From assembly GCF_018881975.1 (NCBI RefSeq), contig NZ_JACVPJ010000004.1, positions 202,290-266,289 of the forward strand: a DNA stretch of 64,000 nt, written 5' to 3'. Positions 18,932 through 28,498 of the stretch are shown piece by piece. Source of the DNA: Polynucleobacter sp. JS-Safj-400b-B2. Lineage in GTDB: Bacteria; Pseudomonadota; Gammaproteobacteria; Burkholderiales; Burkholderiaceae. The translations under genes and the position numbers were made by a program. The notes beneath the pieces are model-generated. The model was not told where the DNA came from. It saw only the letters and a program-made list of their open reading frames with translations, and did not search any database. Numbering within the stretch: position 1 is the stretch's first letter; each line of letters opens with the position of its first letter.

Positions 18932-19602
18932 TCTTGGCCTTGAATTTGACCAATAGTGAGCCGTCCGGTTTTAAAAGCGCCGGTATCTATGAAATGATGG
19001 TTGCCTCGTACTTGCGCAGAGCCTACGATTGTGTGGCCACAATAAATTGCGTGAACATCTTCAACAGGCTTAGTGCAGAGGTCGTATATAACCTTTCGAT
19101 TCCAAAGGCAGGCTTGCGTTAGGTGGTAACTAGTCTTTGGATTGATTAATCCAGATTTAAGAGCGCTCCAATTTGATGTTGGGCATTCAGCGTGAACTAT
19201 GCCGACCATGCCGAAATCCGTTTCAACCTCGATAATAATTGGAAGGCTGGCAAATGCGCTTAGAAAGCGGTCACGTTCAAAGGGATCGGTATTATTAATA
19301 AGCCATTGGCCCCCATTGCTACGGTAGCACTCTTCATCTACGCCATGGAGCATATAGTCGATCGCCATCTGCTCATGGTTCCCGGTTACCGCGTAAAACC
19401 AATCTTTGTCTAGATACTCAAGACATTTTGCAGAATGGCGTCCACGGTCGATGATGTCGCCGACTGAAAATAAGCGGTCCTTAGCGGTATTGAATTGAAT
19501 ATCAAGCAAAGCTGAATCAAGCACATCAAAACAGCCATGTATATCGCCAACAACAAAATCTCGTCCAAGTTGATTTTTCTTGATTGACCTGACAAAATTC
19601 AT
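18928..19602 (-). CDS. Ser/Thr protein phosphatase, lambda PPase/PrpA-like calcineurin-fold metallophosphoesterase
   Basis: GDIHGC, GDIIDRG and GNHE motifs in canonical order. Confidence 0.8.
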   Translation of the reverse strand: MNFVRSIKKNQLGRDFVVGDIHGCFDVLDSALLDIQFNTAKDRLFSVGDIIDRGRHSAKCLEYLDKDWFYAVTGNHEQMAIDYMLHGVDEECYRSNGGQWLINNTDPFERDRFLSAFASLPIIIEVETDFGMVGIVHAECPTSNWSALKSGLINPKTSYHLTQACLWNRKVIYDLCTKPVEDVHAIYCGHTIVGSAQVRGNHHFIDTGAFKTGRLTIGQIQGQE

Positions 19603-19674
19603 TGAAATTTTCCATTAAAGTGAATGGATATCTTCGCAATGAATTTGACGATGTCAAACTCGAATACTCAATAT

Positions 19675-20142
19675 TTATATAAGGATTTGCTTGTATTTGT
19701 CAGTGCGAACGTTGGTAAGCGCCAGTGCGAATGTCAAAATACAGAAGAATGATGTGGCGGCAACGATGATGGCGCCACCGTAAAAATATAAATCTTGCAT
19801 GCGCAACCACAAAGGCATCCATACAAATAGCAAAATTGCGAACATTACAGCCAAAAAGGCACATGCCATAAATATCCACCGAACCTTACGTCGAACCATG
19901 AATACAAAGGCGACCCCGCCAACACCAATCAAGTGGTTTCCAATAAAAAACATAAAAAATTGCTGGGCATGCTCTTTCATTGGAAACCATTCAACAGGCT
20001 CCAAAATGAGAAAATAGCCAAGTAGGGCGCACAATGTAATCGTGATGGCGCATAGACAAGAAAGCCCAATTACGCATAAGCTGAACTTGCTACTTCGCTC
20101 ACTTTGAAACAAACGCCTTGGCCTCTTTCTGAGCTTAAGCAT
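19675..20142 (-). CDS. Integral membrane protein (four predicted TM helices)
   Basis: Hydrophobic throughout. Confidence 0.4.
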   Translation of the reverse strand: MLKLRKRPRRLFQSERSSKFSLCVIGLSCLCAITITLCALLGYFLILEPVEWFPMKEHAQQFFMFFIGNHLIGVGGVAFVFMVRRKVRWIFMACAFLAVMFAILLFVWMPLWLRMQDLYFYGGAIIVAATSFFCILTFALALTNVRTDKYKQILI

Positions 20143-20662
20143 CGGTTAGACCACACTTTTTCTTAATGGCTTCCAGAATGGATATTCCATCGTTTAATAA
20201 AAAATATTGCTCGTTACGAGCAAATGCTGGCGCAGAAGCGCGCCTTGGGTTGTTGAGTGTATTGGGGTGATCAATCTGAAGATAGCCTTTATAGGCGCTA
20301 ATCAGGAAATCGCAGGAATCATCGATACTTTCACGATGCCCCATGATTATGGCATCACCAAGCATATTAAAATTATGCAAGCTATCTGAGAGCCACATAA
20401 GATCAATGTCGCATATTTCCTGTCCAAGTGCATATTTTTTAGAGGGGCTATAAGCGCTATATAGGCGAATAGCTAAAGCCACACGGCCAACAAAGGATAA
20501 AAGCCTTCCAAGCTCAGGACGAAGGTTTAGTTCTTTTGTTTCATCTGACATGATTGTGAGCCTGACTCCGTTGATGGGCGTTAGACTTCTCGCCAGTAAG
20601 TGCAATTGAGAAATTTTTCCAACATAATCGGTCTTGTGCTTGGCACTTCCGAATATTGGCAA
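20135..20662 (-). CDS. Hypothetical protein (175 aa)
   Basis: ORF only. Confidence 0.35.
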   Translation of the reverse strand: MPIFGSAKHKTDYVGKISQLHLLARSLTPINGVRLTIMSDETKELNLRPELGRLLSFVGRVALAIRLYSAYSPSKKYALGQEICDIDLMWLSDSLHNFNMLGDAIIMGHRESIDDSCDFLISAYKGYLQIDHPNTLNNPRRASAPAFARNEQYFLLNDGISILEAIKKKCGLTDA

Positions 20663-20691
20663 ACAAAGTGACGGCGGAAGACGGTGGAGAC

Positions 20692-21171
20692 TTAGTGAGC
20701 GATGGCATTAAAAGGTATCTCCTCCGCAGCACGAAGTAAGTCAGACTCATATAATGCCGCGGCAAAAAGCAGGTGACTTGCCAAGGATGGCGGTATTACA
20801 TAATTGTGTGCATTGGGATTTATCAAAATTGGAGAATTTAGATTCGACCCAAGCATTAATATTTTCAGAAATAGCTGGTTAGAGATGGTGAGATCAGGAT
20901 CGTTCTCCGGCTTCAACAGCTTGTGCATAGCTTGAGCATGCGCCGAACTAGTAAATACAGAAATGCATTTAGTTGGAGCGCCATTAATAATGGTATCTAC
21001 GCCAGATATTCTCAATTCCTGTCCGCTGTAACCCGACTTTGAATCGATAGCGCAGATAATGGTGGAGCGAATAATTTCGCGGTATAAATTTAAGCTAGGC
21101 TCTTGATTTTTAACGCCCGCCACCAGTGCCTGAATTTTTGTTAAGGCAATTTCAAGATTTTGATTTGTCAT
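20692..21171 (-). CDS. Hypothetical protein (159 aa)
   Basis: ORF only. Confidence 0.35.
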   Translation of the reverse strand: MTNQNLEIALTKIQALVAGVKNQEPSLNLYREIIRSTIICAIDSKSGYSGQELRISGVDTIINGAPTKCISVFTSSAHAQAMHKLLKPENDPDLTISNQLFLKILMLGSNLNSPILINPNAHNYVIPPSLASHLLFAAALYESDLLRAAEEIPFNAIAH

Positions 21172-21471
21172 GGCACGTCTAAGCTTGTTTGATGCTGCTG
21201 AGAATTAATGCTGGATGTTTGGTCACGTCAAAATGCTCGCGAGATTTGTTTAGCACCGCCTCGATATGTGATGGGTGAGGGCACTGAGACGGTTGATTAT
21301 TTTGTGTTTTTTGCATATAGATATTTTTCCATGCAAATCATTAAAATCAAGTTTGAAATCTCCAATTTATGACTAAGTACTCAAACTGAAAATCTTCTAT
21401 TGGGCTGCTAAAAAAGCTCCCGCTAGATTTGCGTATGCAAATTAGCGGGAGTAGTTCACGAATGAGTGACA

Positions 21472-21978
21472 TTAACCAAGCGGAATGGGACTCACAATAA
21501 TGCGCGGCTCCACATATACAACCTTGGCTTTGCCTGTTTTTGGGTCTACACATTGAACCCATGTGCCGTCGGCTGACGCAGGGCTATAAAGGCCATTTGG
21601 GTCTGCTTGTGGAATGGCCACATTTCCAGTGCTTGGGGTTTGTGCTCCCCCGGAAACGCGTTGCGGGTTTGTATATTGAGTTGCGTACGGAAGCCCGTAG
21701 CCAACAGAATTGCAGAGCTTATGGAGTCCGCCCTGCATGTCAACTAAATAAGTGGTTGTTGCCACAGCTTGATCCCGGATTTCCAGAATATCTTTCATCA
21801 TGCGCTTTTCAGCAAAGTTGGTGATGGAAGGCATACCAACCTGTTGAACCCCCTGGAGACTTAGCTGCTCTTGTTGTTTGCGCTCAATCTGGGTTGAGTT
21901 TTGTTGCGGGTCGTCACAGCCCGTGAGAATTGCGACAGCAGTCAGCCCCGCTATCAATAGACTATATCTTTTAATCAT
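21472..21978 (-). CDS. Lipoprotein
   Basis: Signal peptide with the lipobox LTGC (MIKRYSLLIAGLTAVAILTGC). Confidence 0.5.
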   Translation of the reverse strand: MIKRYSLLIAGLTAVAILTGCDDPQQNSTQIERKQQEQLSLQGVQQVGMPSITNFAEKRMMKDILEIRDQAVATTTYLVDMQGGLHKLCNSVGYGLPYATQYTNPQRVSGGAQTPSTGNVAIPQADPNGLYSPASADGTWVQCVDPKTGKAKVVYVEPRIIVSPIPLG

Positions 21979-21981
21979 TGT

Positions 21982-22314
21982 TTATTTCCCCCTTAGTTGT
22001 TCATAAAAATTACGCAGATTAGGCGGCATCCTGTCTTCTGGATAGACGGAGAAGCGATGCAGCACAATGGCTCTTAATGCTTGTTTGTGGTCGGCATCGG
22101 CATTGATGTATTCGATCTGAAGATTTTCTAAATCCCGCACCATGCCATCGTTGTATTGCTGGCTTTCATGAAAAACCGTGTTATCGATCGCTACGCTTTT
22201 GGGGGCGAAGTAGGATTTCAGCGCAAGCCCGTTGAAGGTAAGCGCCCAGCCAATGCCCATAATTGCAGCAATTGCAAATATTCCGGCCAATATTTTTGAT
22301 GAGGTAGATTCCAC
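21982..22314 (-). CDS. Small membrane protein
   Basis: N-terminal TM helix (ILAGIFAIAAIMGIGWAL). Confidence 0.4.
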   Translation of the reverse strand: MESTSSKILAGIFAIAAIMGIGWALTFNGLALKSYFAPKSVAIDNTVFHESQQYNDGMVRDLENLQIEYINADADHKQALRAIVLHRFSVYPEDRMPPNLRNFYEQLRGK

Positions 22315-22333
22315 GATATTTCCTTGAGGTTAA

Positions 22334-22621
22334 TTAATTGGATGAGATCTTGCCGCTGTGTCTACGAGCGCTAAAGCTAGATGGTGCTTTTTTAGGACAT
22401 TCGAAATATTCGCCCAGCTGTATATTGAGAAGTGAAATTCTCTCGAATTCTGCGGCCAGCATATCGAGGATTCGAGCGCTTTGCTCCTCGATTTGATTTC
22501 GACGCTCTCGGTGCTCTTCTTCGCTTTCATCTCTAAATCGAATATGCACATCATTTCTCAGTGCGTCAGATAATTTACGAGCCATAGCCAGTAAATAGGG
22601 CGCTTTAATATGTGCAGTCAT
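22334..22621 (-). CDS. Hypothetical protein (95 aa)
   Basis: ORF only. Charged and helical. Confidence 0.3.
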   Translation of the reverse strand: MTAHIKAPYLLAMARKLSDALRNDVHIRFRDESEEEHRERRNQIEEQSARILDMLAAEFERISLLNIQLGEYFECPKKAPSSFSARRHSGKISSN

Positions 22622-22914
22622 GATCTTTTTGTTATTTTTCCGTAGGTAATTGGCTTGGTATCTTGAGGGGTCCTTCTATTTCTAATGATTCGCAATTTGC
22701 TTCCATTAATTTTTGCTGGACGCTGGTAGGTTGAAGCTTTTCAAGTTCAAGCTGCGCCGCAATTCGATCTTCAGTTGTAAATGTGGACATCAATCACCCC
22801 ATCAATATGTGACTTAATATTGCCACGAATAGCAGATCAATTAACTTTCAAAATCTTGCAAAAATTAGCCATTTCTTAATACAAAACAATAAGAAACAAA
22901 AGCTACGGTAGGGG

Positions 22915-24177
22915 ATGAGCTCAACTACCAAAATTAAAATTGGAACCTCGGAGATTTCGCTTGATCACTTTCAACATGAGCCGCAAAAATACGCTCATGC
23001 TGTTTTACTGGCTAAAAATACGGTTGGGCACGCCAATTGCCTATGCAATAAAGATTGCCCCAGACTGGTTATAGCGAGACGTGCAGGGCGATACTATGTC
23101 GCAGGATGGCCTAATGAGGGTCACCTACATCATCCTGGGTGTGACTTTTTCAAAAACGAATCAGGGGGCTCTGGCTTGGATTCGTATTCTCAAGAGGCGC
23201 TACAAAAGAGGGGTGACGGTTCATTTTCGATTCGGCTAAACCAGCCCCTTAGTCTGGAACTTGGGGCGCCAACTAGACCCCCATCTGGCGCACGAACCAA
23301 GGTAGATTCAAAATCAACATCAAGACGATCATCAACGCTTTTGGGGCTACTTCACTACCTATGGGAAGAGTCCAACCTCAATCGCTGGTTTCCCGGGTGG
23401 CGTAGAGATTGGTATTTGGCTCGCAATCACCTTTTAGCAACCACATCCAAAGGGGAAATTGCTGGAAGGAGCATGTCTGAGGCGATGTATGTTGTGCCAA
23501 AGTTTTCTACAAATGCAGCACAAGAAATTAAAAGATCATGGGATACCTGGTCCGTACCATTGCTACGTAGCGCAATGGGCGCTACGCCTGCTAAATTGAA
23601 AAATTCGAAATCAATAACCAGAATACATACGGGGATGATTCTTGGCAGAATAAAGGCAGTTGAACGTACCGATCGTGGTTACATCATCAAACTTAAAGAT
23701 CATGCCTATCCCATTTATGCTAAACATGCTCTTATTGAGAAATTAGAAAAGAGATTCGGAAGATTCACTGCGCATATAGAACAAAACCAAGGCGAATGCA
23801 TTGTTTTGGCGCTCTTGATGCCTCACGAAAAAGGCTATTTCAGCCTCATCGATGCAGGCATAATGTATACCAGCGCGGCACTCATTCCAATCGAATCTAA
23901 CCATGAATTAAAGGTTGCCGATGCGCTGCGTTTGGCAGATCGACACTTCTCAAAACCATTGCTATACGATAGCTCGGATGAGGTATTCCCTGACTTTGTT
24001 TTATACGATACAGCCCGATCAAAAACCATTATGGAAATTTACGGCATGGTTGGCAATCAAGCGTACGACAATCGCAAAAAAGAAAAGCAAGAAGTTTATC
24101 GAAAGGCTGAGGCTGATCTTTGGGTTTGGGATCTTACAAAATCAAAAGATATGCCACCATTGCCACCGGTACGTTAA
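22915..24177 (+). CDS. DUF1173-like protein, a Cys-cluster protein typical of ICE/plasmid backbones
   Basis: N-terminal CLCNKDCPRLVIARRAGRYYVAGWPNEGHLHHPGCDFF cysteine/histidine cluster and a 420 aa size. The family call is from memory of that signature. Confidence 0.5.
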   Translation: MSSTTKIKIGTSEISLDHFQHEPQKYAHAVLLAKNTVGHANCLCNKDCPRLVIARRAGRYYVAGWPNEGHLHHPGCDFFKNESGGSGLDSYSQEALQKRGDGSFSIRLNQPLSLELGAPTRPPSGARTKVDSKSTSRRSSTLLGLLHYLWEESNLNRWFPGWRRDWYLARNHLLATTSKGEIAGRSMSEAMYVVPKFSTNAAQEIKRSWDTWSVPLLRSAMGATPAKLKNSKSITRIHTGMILGRIKAVERTDRGYIIKLKDHAYPIYAKHALIEKLEKRFGRFTAHIEQNQGECIVLALLMPHEKGYFSLIDAGIMYTSAALIPIESNHELKVADALRLADRHFSKPLLYDSSDEVFPDFVLYDTARSKTIMEIYGMVGNQAYDNRKKEKQEVYRKAEADLWVWDLTKSKDMPPLPPVR

Positions 24178-24281
24178 CGGTTTATGATTTCAATCTCCAT
24201 AGGCGCAGACGAAATGTCCGCATGGCAAAATAACGTGGCGCAGCTATTGCTAGATGACAAGATTGGTGAATATATTTCCCG

Positions 24282-24533
24282 TTAGGAAAATGGATTTGGC
24301 TTTCTAGAGGGAGGCTTAATTTCGAGAGTCTTTGGTAGCCCAGTTACATCCTCTAATGCGTCAACACCGGCATTCACAATCTGGGCTAAGAGCTTAAGGT
24401 CAGCGAGCCCGGCCTGACTAAAATCAAAGTTATGCTGACCATAAATTTTTAACGAGTCAGAGCCGTTCTCAATGGTGATCCCGCCAATCTGGATGGATTG
24501 AGCATCGTTTTTAAAGGTAACAAATTTACTCAC
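24282..24533 (-). CDS. Small protein (83 aa) translationally coupled downstream of the secreted nuclease, a candidate inhibitor or immunity partner
   Basis: The start overlaps the nuclease stop by 8 nt. Acidic, with no signal peptide. Confidence 0.4.
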   Translation of the reverse strand: MSKFVTFKNDAQSIQIGGITIENGSDSLKIYGQHNFDFSQAGLADLKLLAQIVNAGVDALEDVTGLPKTLEIKPPSRKPNPFS

Positions 24534-25317
24534 CGATTACCCCTTTCCCTGATGGTTTTGGAAGTCTTAATAATCCCACATTTTGTACGCCAGGCAACAT
24601 ATTCATGCCAGTGAGTTGATTTAGCTCTTGAACACTAATTTCTGTGTATTCTTGACCTTCTGGGCCATCGCTATTAATTTCCAAATAGGCTGCGGCCTCA
24701 TTGCGCGAAGGTAGATACACAAGTTTGTAAAGTCGAGTTGGGATGGCGACTCGATTATTTAACCAAGAAATACTACTGCCATCAAAGATAGGCCCGGTAA
24801 TAGTGTAGACCTCGCCTACCTTCTGGGCAAAATGCCTAACGGCACCCTCGATATGTGCATGCAAGCCTCTATTATTACGTGGTGCCTGTGGAATCATATT
24901 TGATAGATTGTAGGTGGCAAATTCAGTTTCATTGGACCACGAATCTGCATCACTAGCCATGTGACCTCGATCAAATCCTGAGCGTTTGAAGTCGCTTAGT
25001 TCAGCTCGATCATTATGAGATAAACGATCATCTGGCCTAAAGCTATTTTCTCTGCCGCGACCTTTACGTTCGGCCATGTGCTCAGATGTAATATGCTCGG
25101 CAGAATAAAGGGGGTCTCTGGTCAATTTGGAGTAACCAGTTGCAAACACCCCGCCTTGGGCGCAGAGCTCCACAAAACCTTGCGCTAATTTCGGGTTAAC
25201 CAATTGCGGCGGTTGTCCGCTTGCATAGTTTTCTGGGCAGCCGCTGGTCGCAAAAACAGATTGAGTAATGCTGCCAATTGCAATGGAAATAATGAGCTTG
25301 GTGAATAGTGCGTTCAA
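24526..25317 (-). CDS. Secreted DNA/RNA non-specific endonuclease (beta-beta-alpha-Me, Serratia NucA/EndoG family)
   Basis: Signal peptide, then GFDRGHMAS (the DRGH catalytic motif) and the downstream NLSNMIPQ Asn metal ligand. Confidence 0.75.
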   Translation of the reverse strand: MNALFTKLIISIAIGSITQSVFATSGCPENYASGQPPQLVNPKLAQGFVELCAQGGVFATGYSKLTRDPLYSAEHITSEHMAERKGRGRENSFRPDDRLSHNDRAELSDFKRSGFDRGHMASDADSWSNETEFATYNLSNMIPQAPRNNRGLHAHIEGAVRHFAQKVGEVYTITGPIFDGSSISWLNNRVAIPTRLYKLVYLPSRNEAAAYLEINSDGPEGQEYTEISVQELNQLTGMNMLPGVQNVGLLRLPKPSGKGVIGE

Positions 25318-25679
25318 GGGTTAGCAATTCCTGGGGTAATGGTTGCAATGCCATTAGGACAAGCGGCAATGGCGGCCGCAATTAAATTTTGCGCCTGAGT
25401 ATTGTTACCAGAGGCAATTGCCGCATCTAATCCTGGGGTTTGCGATAAATAGTTTTGCAATGCTGCAGGTGACTGCCCCGAAGGGCAAGCCGGCAGGATA
25501 TTTTGATTTGGCGCGGCAGCTTGAGCGGCTGCTACCCCTTGATAAAGAGCTCCGCTTATAGATGCGACCGCAGACTCCATAGCGGAGCCTATATCAATCT
25601 GCGCTTTAGCGTTCGTCGATAGGGCAAGCACTACAACGGCCGACATAGTAGCAATTATTGTCTTATTAATGCGAAACAT
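25314..25679 (-). CDS. Secreted Ala/Gln-rich hypothetical protein
   Basis: Start chosen at MFRINKTIIATMSAVVVLALSTNAKAQ, a signal peptide. Confidence 0.4.
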   Translation of the reverse strand: MFRINKTIIATMSAVVVLALSTNAKAQIDIGSAMESAVASISGALYQGVAAAQAAAPNQNILPACPSGQSPAALQNYLSQTPGLDAAIASGNNTQAQNLIAAAIAACPNGIATITPGIANP

Positions 25680-25944
25680 AGCATTTCTCCTGTGCGTAAT
25701 CAATATCTGTTTGGGTTGCCAGTAGGTTCGGCACAATCCCATCAGTGATTTTTTTTGACTCTAAGATAGCATTAAGTAGCATTGCCTCTGCGCTCGCCTC
25801 TTGAGTATTGCGTTCAATAGCATCATTAATAAGTCGGTTATACCCTTCAACACTAATTTTCGATGGAAATTGTTCATCGGCAATCATCAGCAAAAAGTCG
25901 CGCTCATTAGGGTTAATTGACAAGGTATTTTTATAAGCAATCAT
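25666..25944 (-). CDS. Hypothetical protein (92 aa)
   Basis: ORF at the head of the nuclease operon. Confidence 0.3.
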   Translation of the reverse strand: MIAYKNTLSINPNERDFLLMIADEQFPSKISVEGYNRLINDAIERNTQEASAEAMLLNAILESKKITDGIVPNLLATQTDIDYAQEKCYVSH

Positions 25945-25981
25945 GATTTGAGTGGGTTAACTGAATGATCTACAGGATGCG

Positions 25982-26611
25982 TTAAGCGGCTTGAAGCGCA
26001 AGTTCACCTTTGTGGTGAAACTGGCAATTGGCAATATGCTCTTCCTTGGTGACGTTGGCCTCACTAATCGCGCCAGCAATGACTTGGTAAATCCGCTTAA
26101 CCTCATCTGGCGGGATGAGGTTTAACTTATGGCGAGCCAAATAGCTGTCAGTACGTACGCAATGAGGAATATCTTGCCTTGTCATTAGCAGTGGCGGCAA
26201 TTTATAGTCCAGCACCGCATTTTCGCCTGTAATGAGAACTCGATTTTGAACATTGATACCGGGCACAAGCGCTTTAAGGTAGCGGCACTTACGGGTATTT
26301 TGATGAATCGGATTGTCGCGGTGTTTTGCCGGCTTACCTGGCTGAGTCACAAAAAATGTGGATTGCTCTTGATGAATGAATCCATCCCAACTTTTAACTT
26401 CAAATACAAAAATGCCGCCCTCGCAAATAATGATGGTATCCGCTTCAGTGCTCGATGGCATGAGGCCGTCATTGGGCTTGAAAATGGCACCCTGAATTGT
26501 AAATACGTGCTCAAATGCTTTTTTGAACTCGCAAGATAACAGGTTTGCGGCAAATGCTTCGCTGCTGTAGCTTTTTTCTTCGGGCGTTTGGTAGTTATTT
26601 TGTGTTTTCAT
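25982..26611 (-). CDS. NERD-domain (nuclease-related, PD-(D/E)xK-like) protein
   Basis: EADTIIICEGGIFVFEVKSW (the D...E-x-K core) and the downstream NPIHQ motif characteristic of NERD domains. Confidence 0.65.
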   Translation of the reverse strand: MKTQNNYQTPEEKSYSSEAFAANLLSCEFKKAFEHVFTIQGAIFKPNDGLMPSSTEADTIIICEGGIFVFEVKSWDGFIHQEQSTFFVTQPGKPAKHRDNPIHQNTRKCRYLKALVPGINVQNRVLITGENAVLDYKLPPLLMTRQDIPHCVRTDSYLARHKLNLIPPDEVKRIYQVIAGAISEANVTKEEHIANCQFHHKGELALQAA

Positions 26612-26680
26612 AATAGAATCAGATTAAGCTACCGAAATGCAGAAGCAAGTTTGAAAAATCACGAATACGAAGAGATCTCG

Positions 26681-28498
26681 CTAGACTTCAAACCCTTGAT
26701 CAGCGATCTCCAATGCGGGCAATGTCACTCCCAATTTTTCGAGATACACTTTTGCGAGTTTTTTAATGCTCCCAGACTCAGCAGCCAAGGTTTCCAGTAA
26801 CTCTGCATTAGGATCTAGAACGCCATCACTTTGCCCCTTTTTAAGACCCAGGATATCTGCAATTACGGGATCGGATCCCTCGTCTGAAAGTAAGAAGTAA
26901 GCCAATGAGGGGTCACTCTGTCCATCACGATGGTAGCGACCAATACATTGCGTGTGAACGCCTGGACTCCAATCAATCTCGCCGAAGACGCCAACTTTGC
27001 AAACATCTTGCAACCCATCAAGCCCGGCACCAGCGCGCAAGGAGATGATCATCAGTCGAGAGTCGCCATTTACAAAAGCTTCTTTAGAGGCTTGTTTTTG
27101 TTTTGGGGATTCTGAGCCCGTATACAAAACTGGCTTAAATTCAGCCAATTGCTCCATCCAGATGTCGTAGACTTGGCGATGCCATCCAAACAGAATGACT
27201 TTTTGTTCTGAGGCTAAAAGTAAACGTACAAACTCAGCAACATACGGCGCCTTTCCAATGCCTGTTGCTTGGCGCAAGATGACGTTGAACTCTTCACTGG
27301 CGTGAAACTTCTCACCCCTATAAGATTGCCCATTAGCTAGAATAATTTTAGCCAACTCAATGGCAGAACCCCTAACTCGATCCAAAATATTAGAATCAGT
27401 ATGGATGGTTTGAATAATCTTGGGACAGGGCGGCAACTCTCGTCCAACCTCCTTGCGGGTACGTCGAAGCATGATGCCCTCACGTCGCAAATATGCGCCA
27501 AGGGCCTTGGGATCTTTGATTTGATTCTCGGTAGAACACCACTCCCGAATAAATTCCTCCTTGGTGCCAAGGCAACCAGGTAAGATCACATCAATCACAT
27601 TAAAAAACTCATGGCCCATGTTGTAAATGGGGGTGGCCGAAAGACCCATACGCAAAATGGCTTTTGAGGCAATATGTTTAGCAGCCCAATATTTATTGGA
27701 TTCATTTCTTCGCAGTTCTTGTGCTTCATCGAAGACCACATACTTTACGACGCCAGACAACGTCTCCGACCACCCGCCTAATTTATGATAGTTGCTAATA
27801 ATGACGTCAGGCATGCGAGGACAATCCTCTGAAAATAGTGCCTCTTGCTTGTCTCCATGTGGGTTTAGTGATGAAACTAAGTTGTAGGGTTGACCTGATT
27901 TTAAAATATGCACCACTAAATTTGGAGCGAATTTAGCTATCTCATCGCGCCATTGTTCTGGTAGATGAGTTAATGTCACAACAAGCACAGGCAAATGCTC
28001 TTTTTGCGCCATGGCACAAATGCTGCTTACCGTTTTCCCGAGGCCAACATCGTCAGCCAGCAAAAGACCGGATTTGATCTTAGCAAGACTTCCTGCCAAT
28101 TTTTGATATTCTCGCGCTGGTTTAGCTAGCTCAAAATTATCAGGGCTTTGAATATTATTTAGCAGTTGCGCAATGAGTGTTTCAGATTCTTCATGGGACT
28201 TTGATCTTGATTTGAGCAATGACTTTGCTTTAGTGGCCATGGTCATTGGATATCGCTCAGTAAACCAGAGTAAATCACGGGCATTTTCAATGTTATCGGA
28301 CAAAACAATGGTTTCTCCGACGCGTTGACTAACCTGAGGAAATACCCGCCTCAGCCTATTCCTAACATGGGGCTCGCAAGTAATTTGCCACGCCCCAGAC
28401 TGGTGTCTAATCTCTCCAAAACTCACAATAAACTTTCGGTTATGCGTATTGATGTTACGGGCTTGCTGCCAACAGTTAAGGGTATTTGTCCAACCCAA
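26681..28498 (-). CDS. SNF2-family (Swi2/Snf2) helicase/translocase
   Basis: Motif I LLADDVGLGKT, motif II VVFDEAQELRRN (the DEAQ box), motif III SATP and a C-terminal helicase lobe (QxxGRxxR-like CIGRYHRDGQ). Confidence 0.85.
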   Translation of the reverse strand: MGWTNTLNCWQQARNINTHNRKFIVSFGEIRHQSGAWQITCEPHVRNRLRRVFPQVSQRVGETIVLSDNIENARDLLWFTERYPMTMATKAKSLLKSRSKSHEESETLIAQLLNNIQSPDNFELAKPAREYQKLAGSLAKIKSGLLLADDVGLGKTVSSICAMAQKEHLPVLVVTLTHLPEQWRDEIAKFAPNLVVHILKSGQPYNLVSSLNPHGDKQEALFSEDCPRMPDVIISNYHKLGGWSETLSGVVKYVVFDEAQELRRNESNKYWAAKHIASKAILRMGLSATPIYNMGHEFFNVIDVILPGCLGTKEEFIREWCSTENQIKDPKALGAYLRREGIMLRRTRKEVGRELPPCPKIIQTIHTDSNILDRVRGSAIELAKIILANGQSYRGEKFHASEEFNVILRQATGIGKAPYVAEFVRLLLASEQKVILFGWHRQVYDIWMEQLAEFKPVLYTGSESPKQKQASKEAFVNGDSRLMIISLRAGAGLDGLQDVCKVGVFGEIDWSPGVHTQCIGRYHRDGQSDPSLAYFLLSDEGSDPVIADILGLKKGQSDGVLDPNAELLETLAAESGSIKKLAKVYLEKLGVTLPALEIADQGFEV

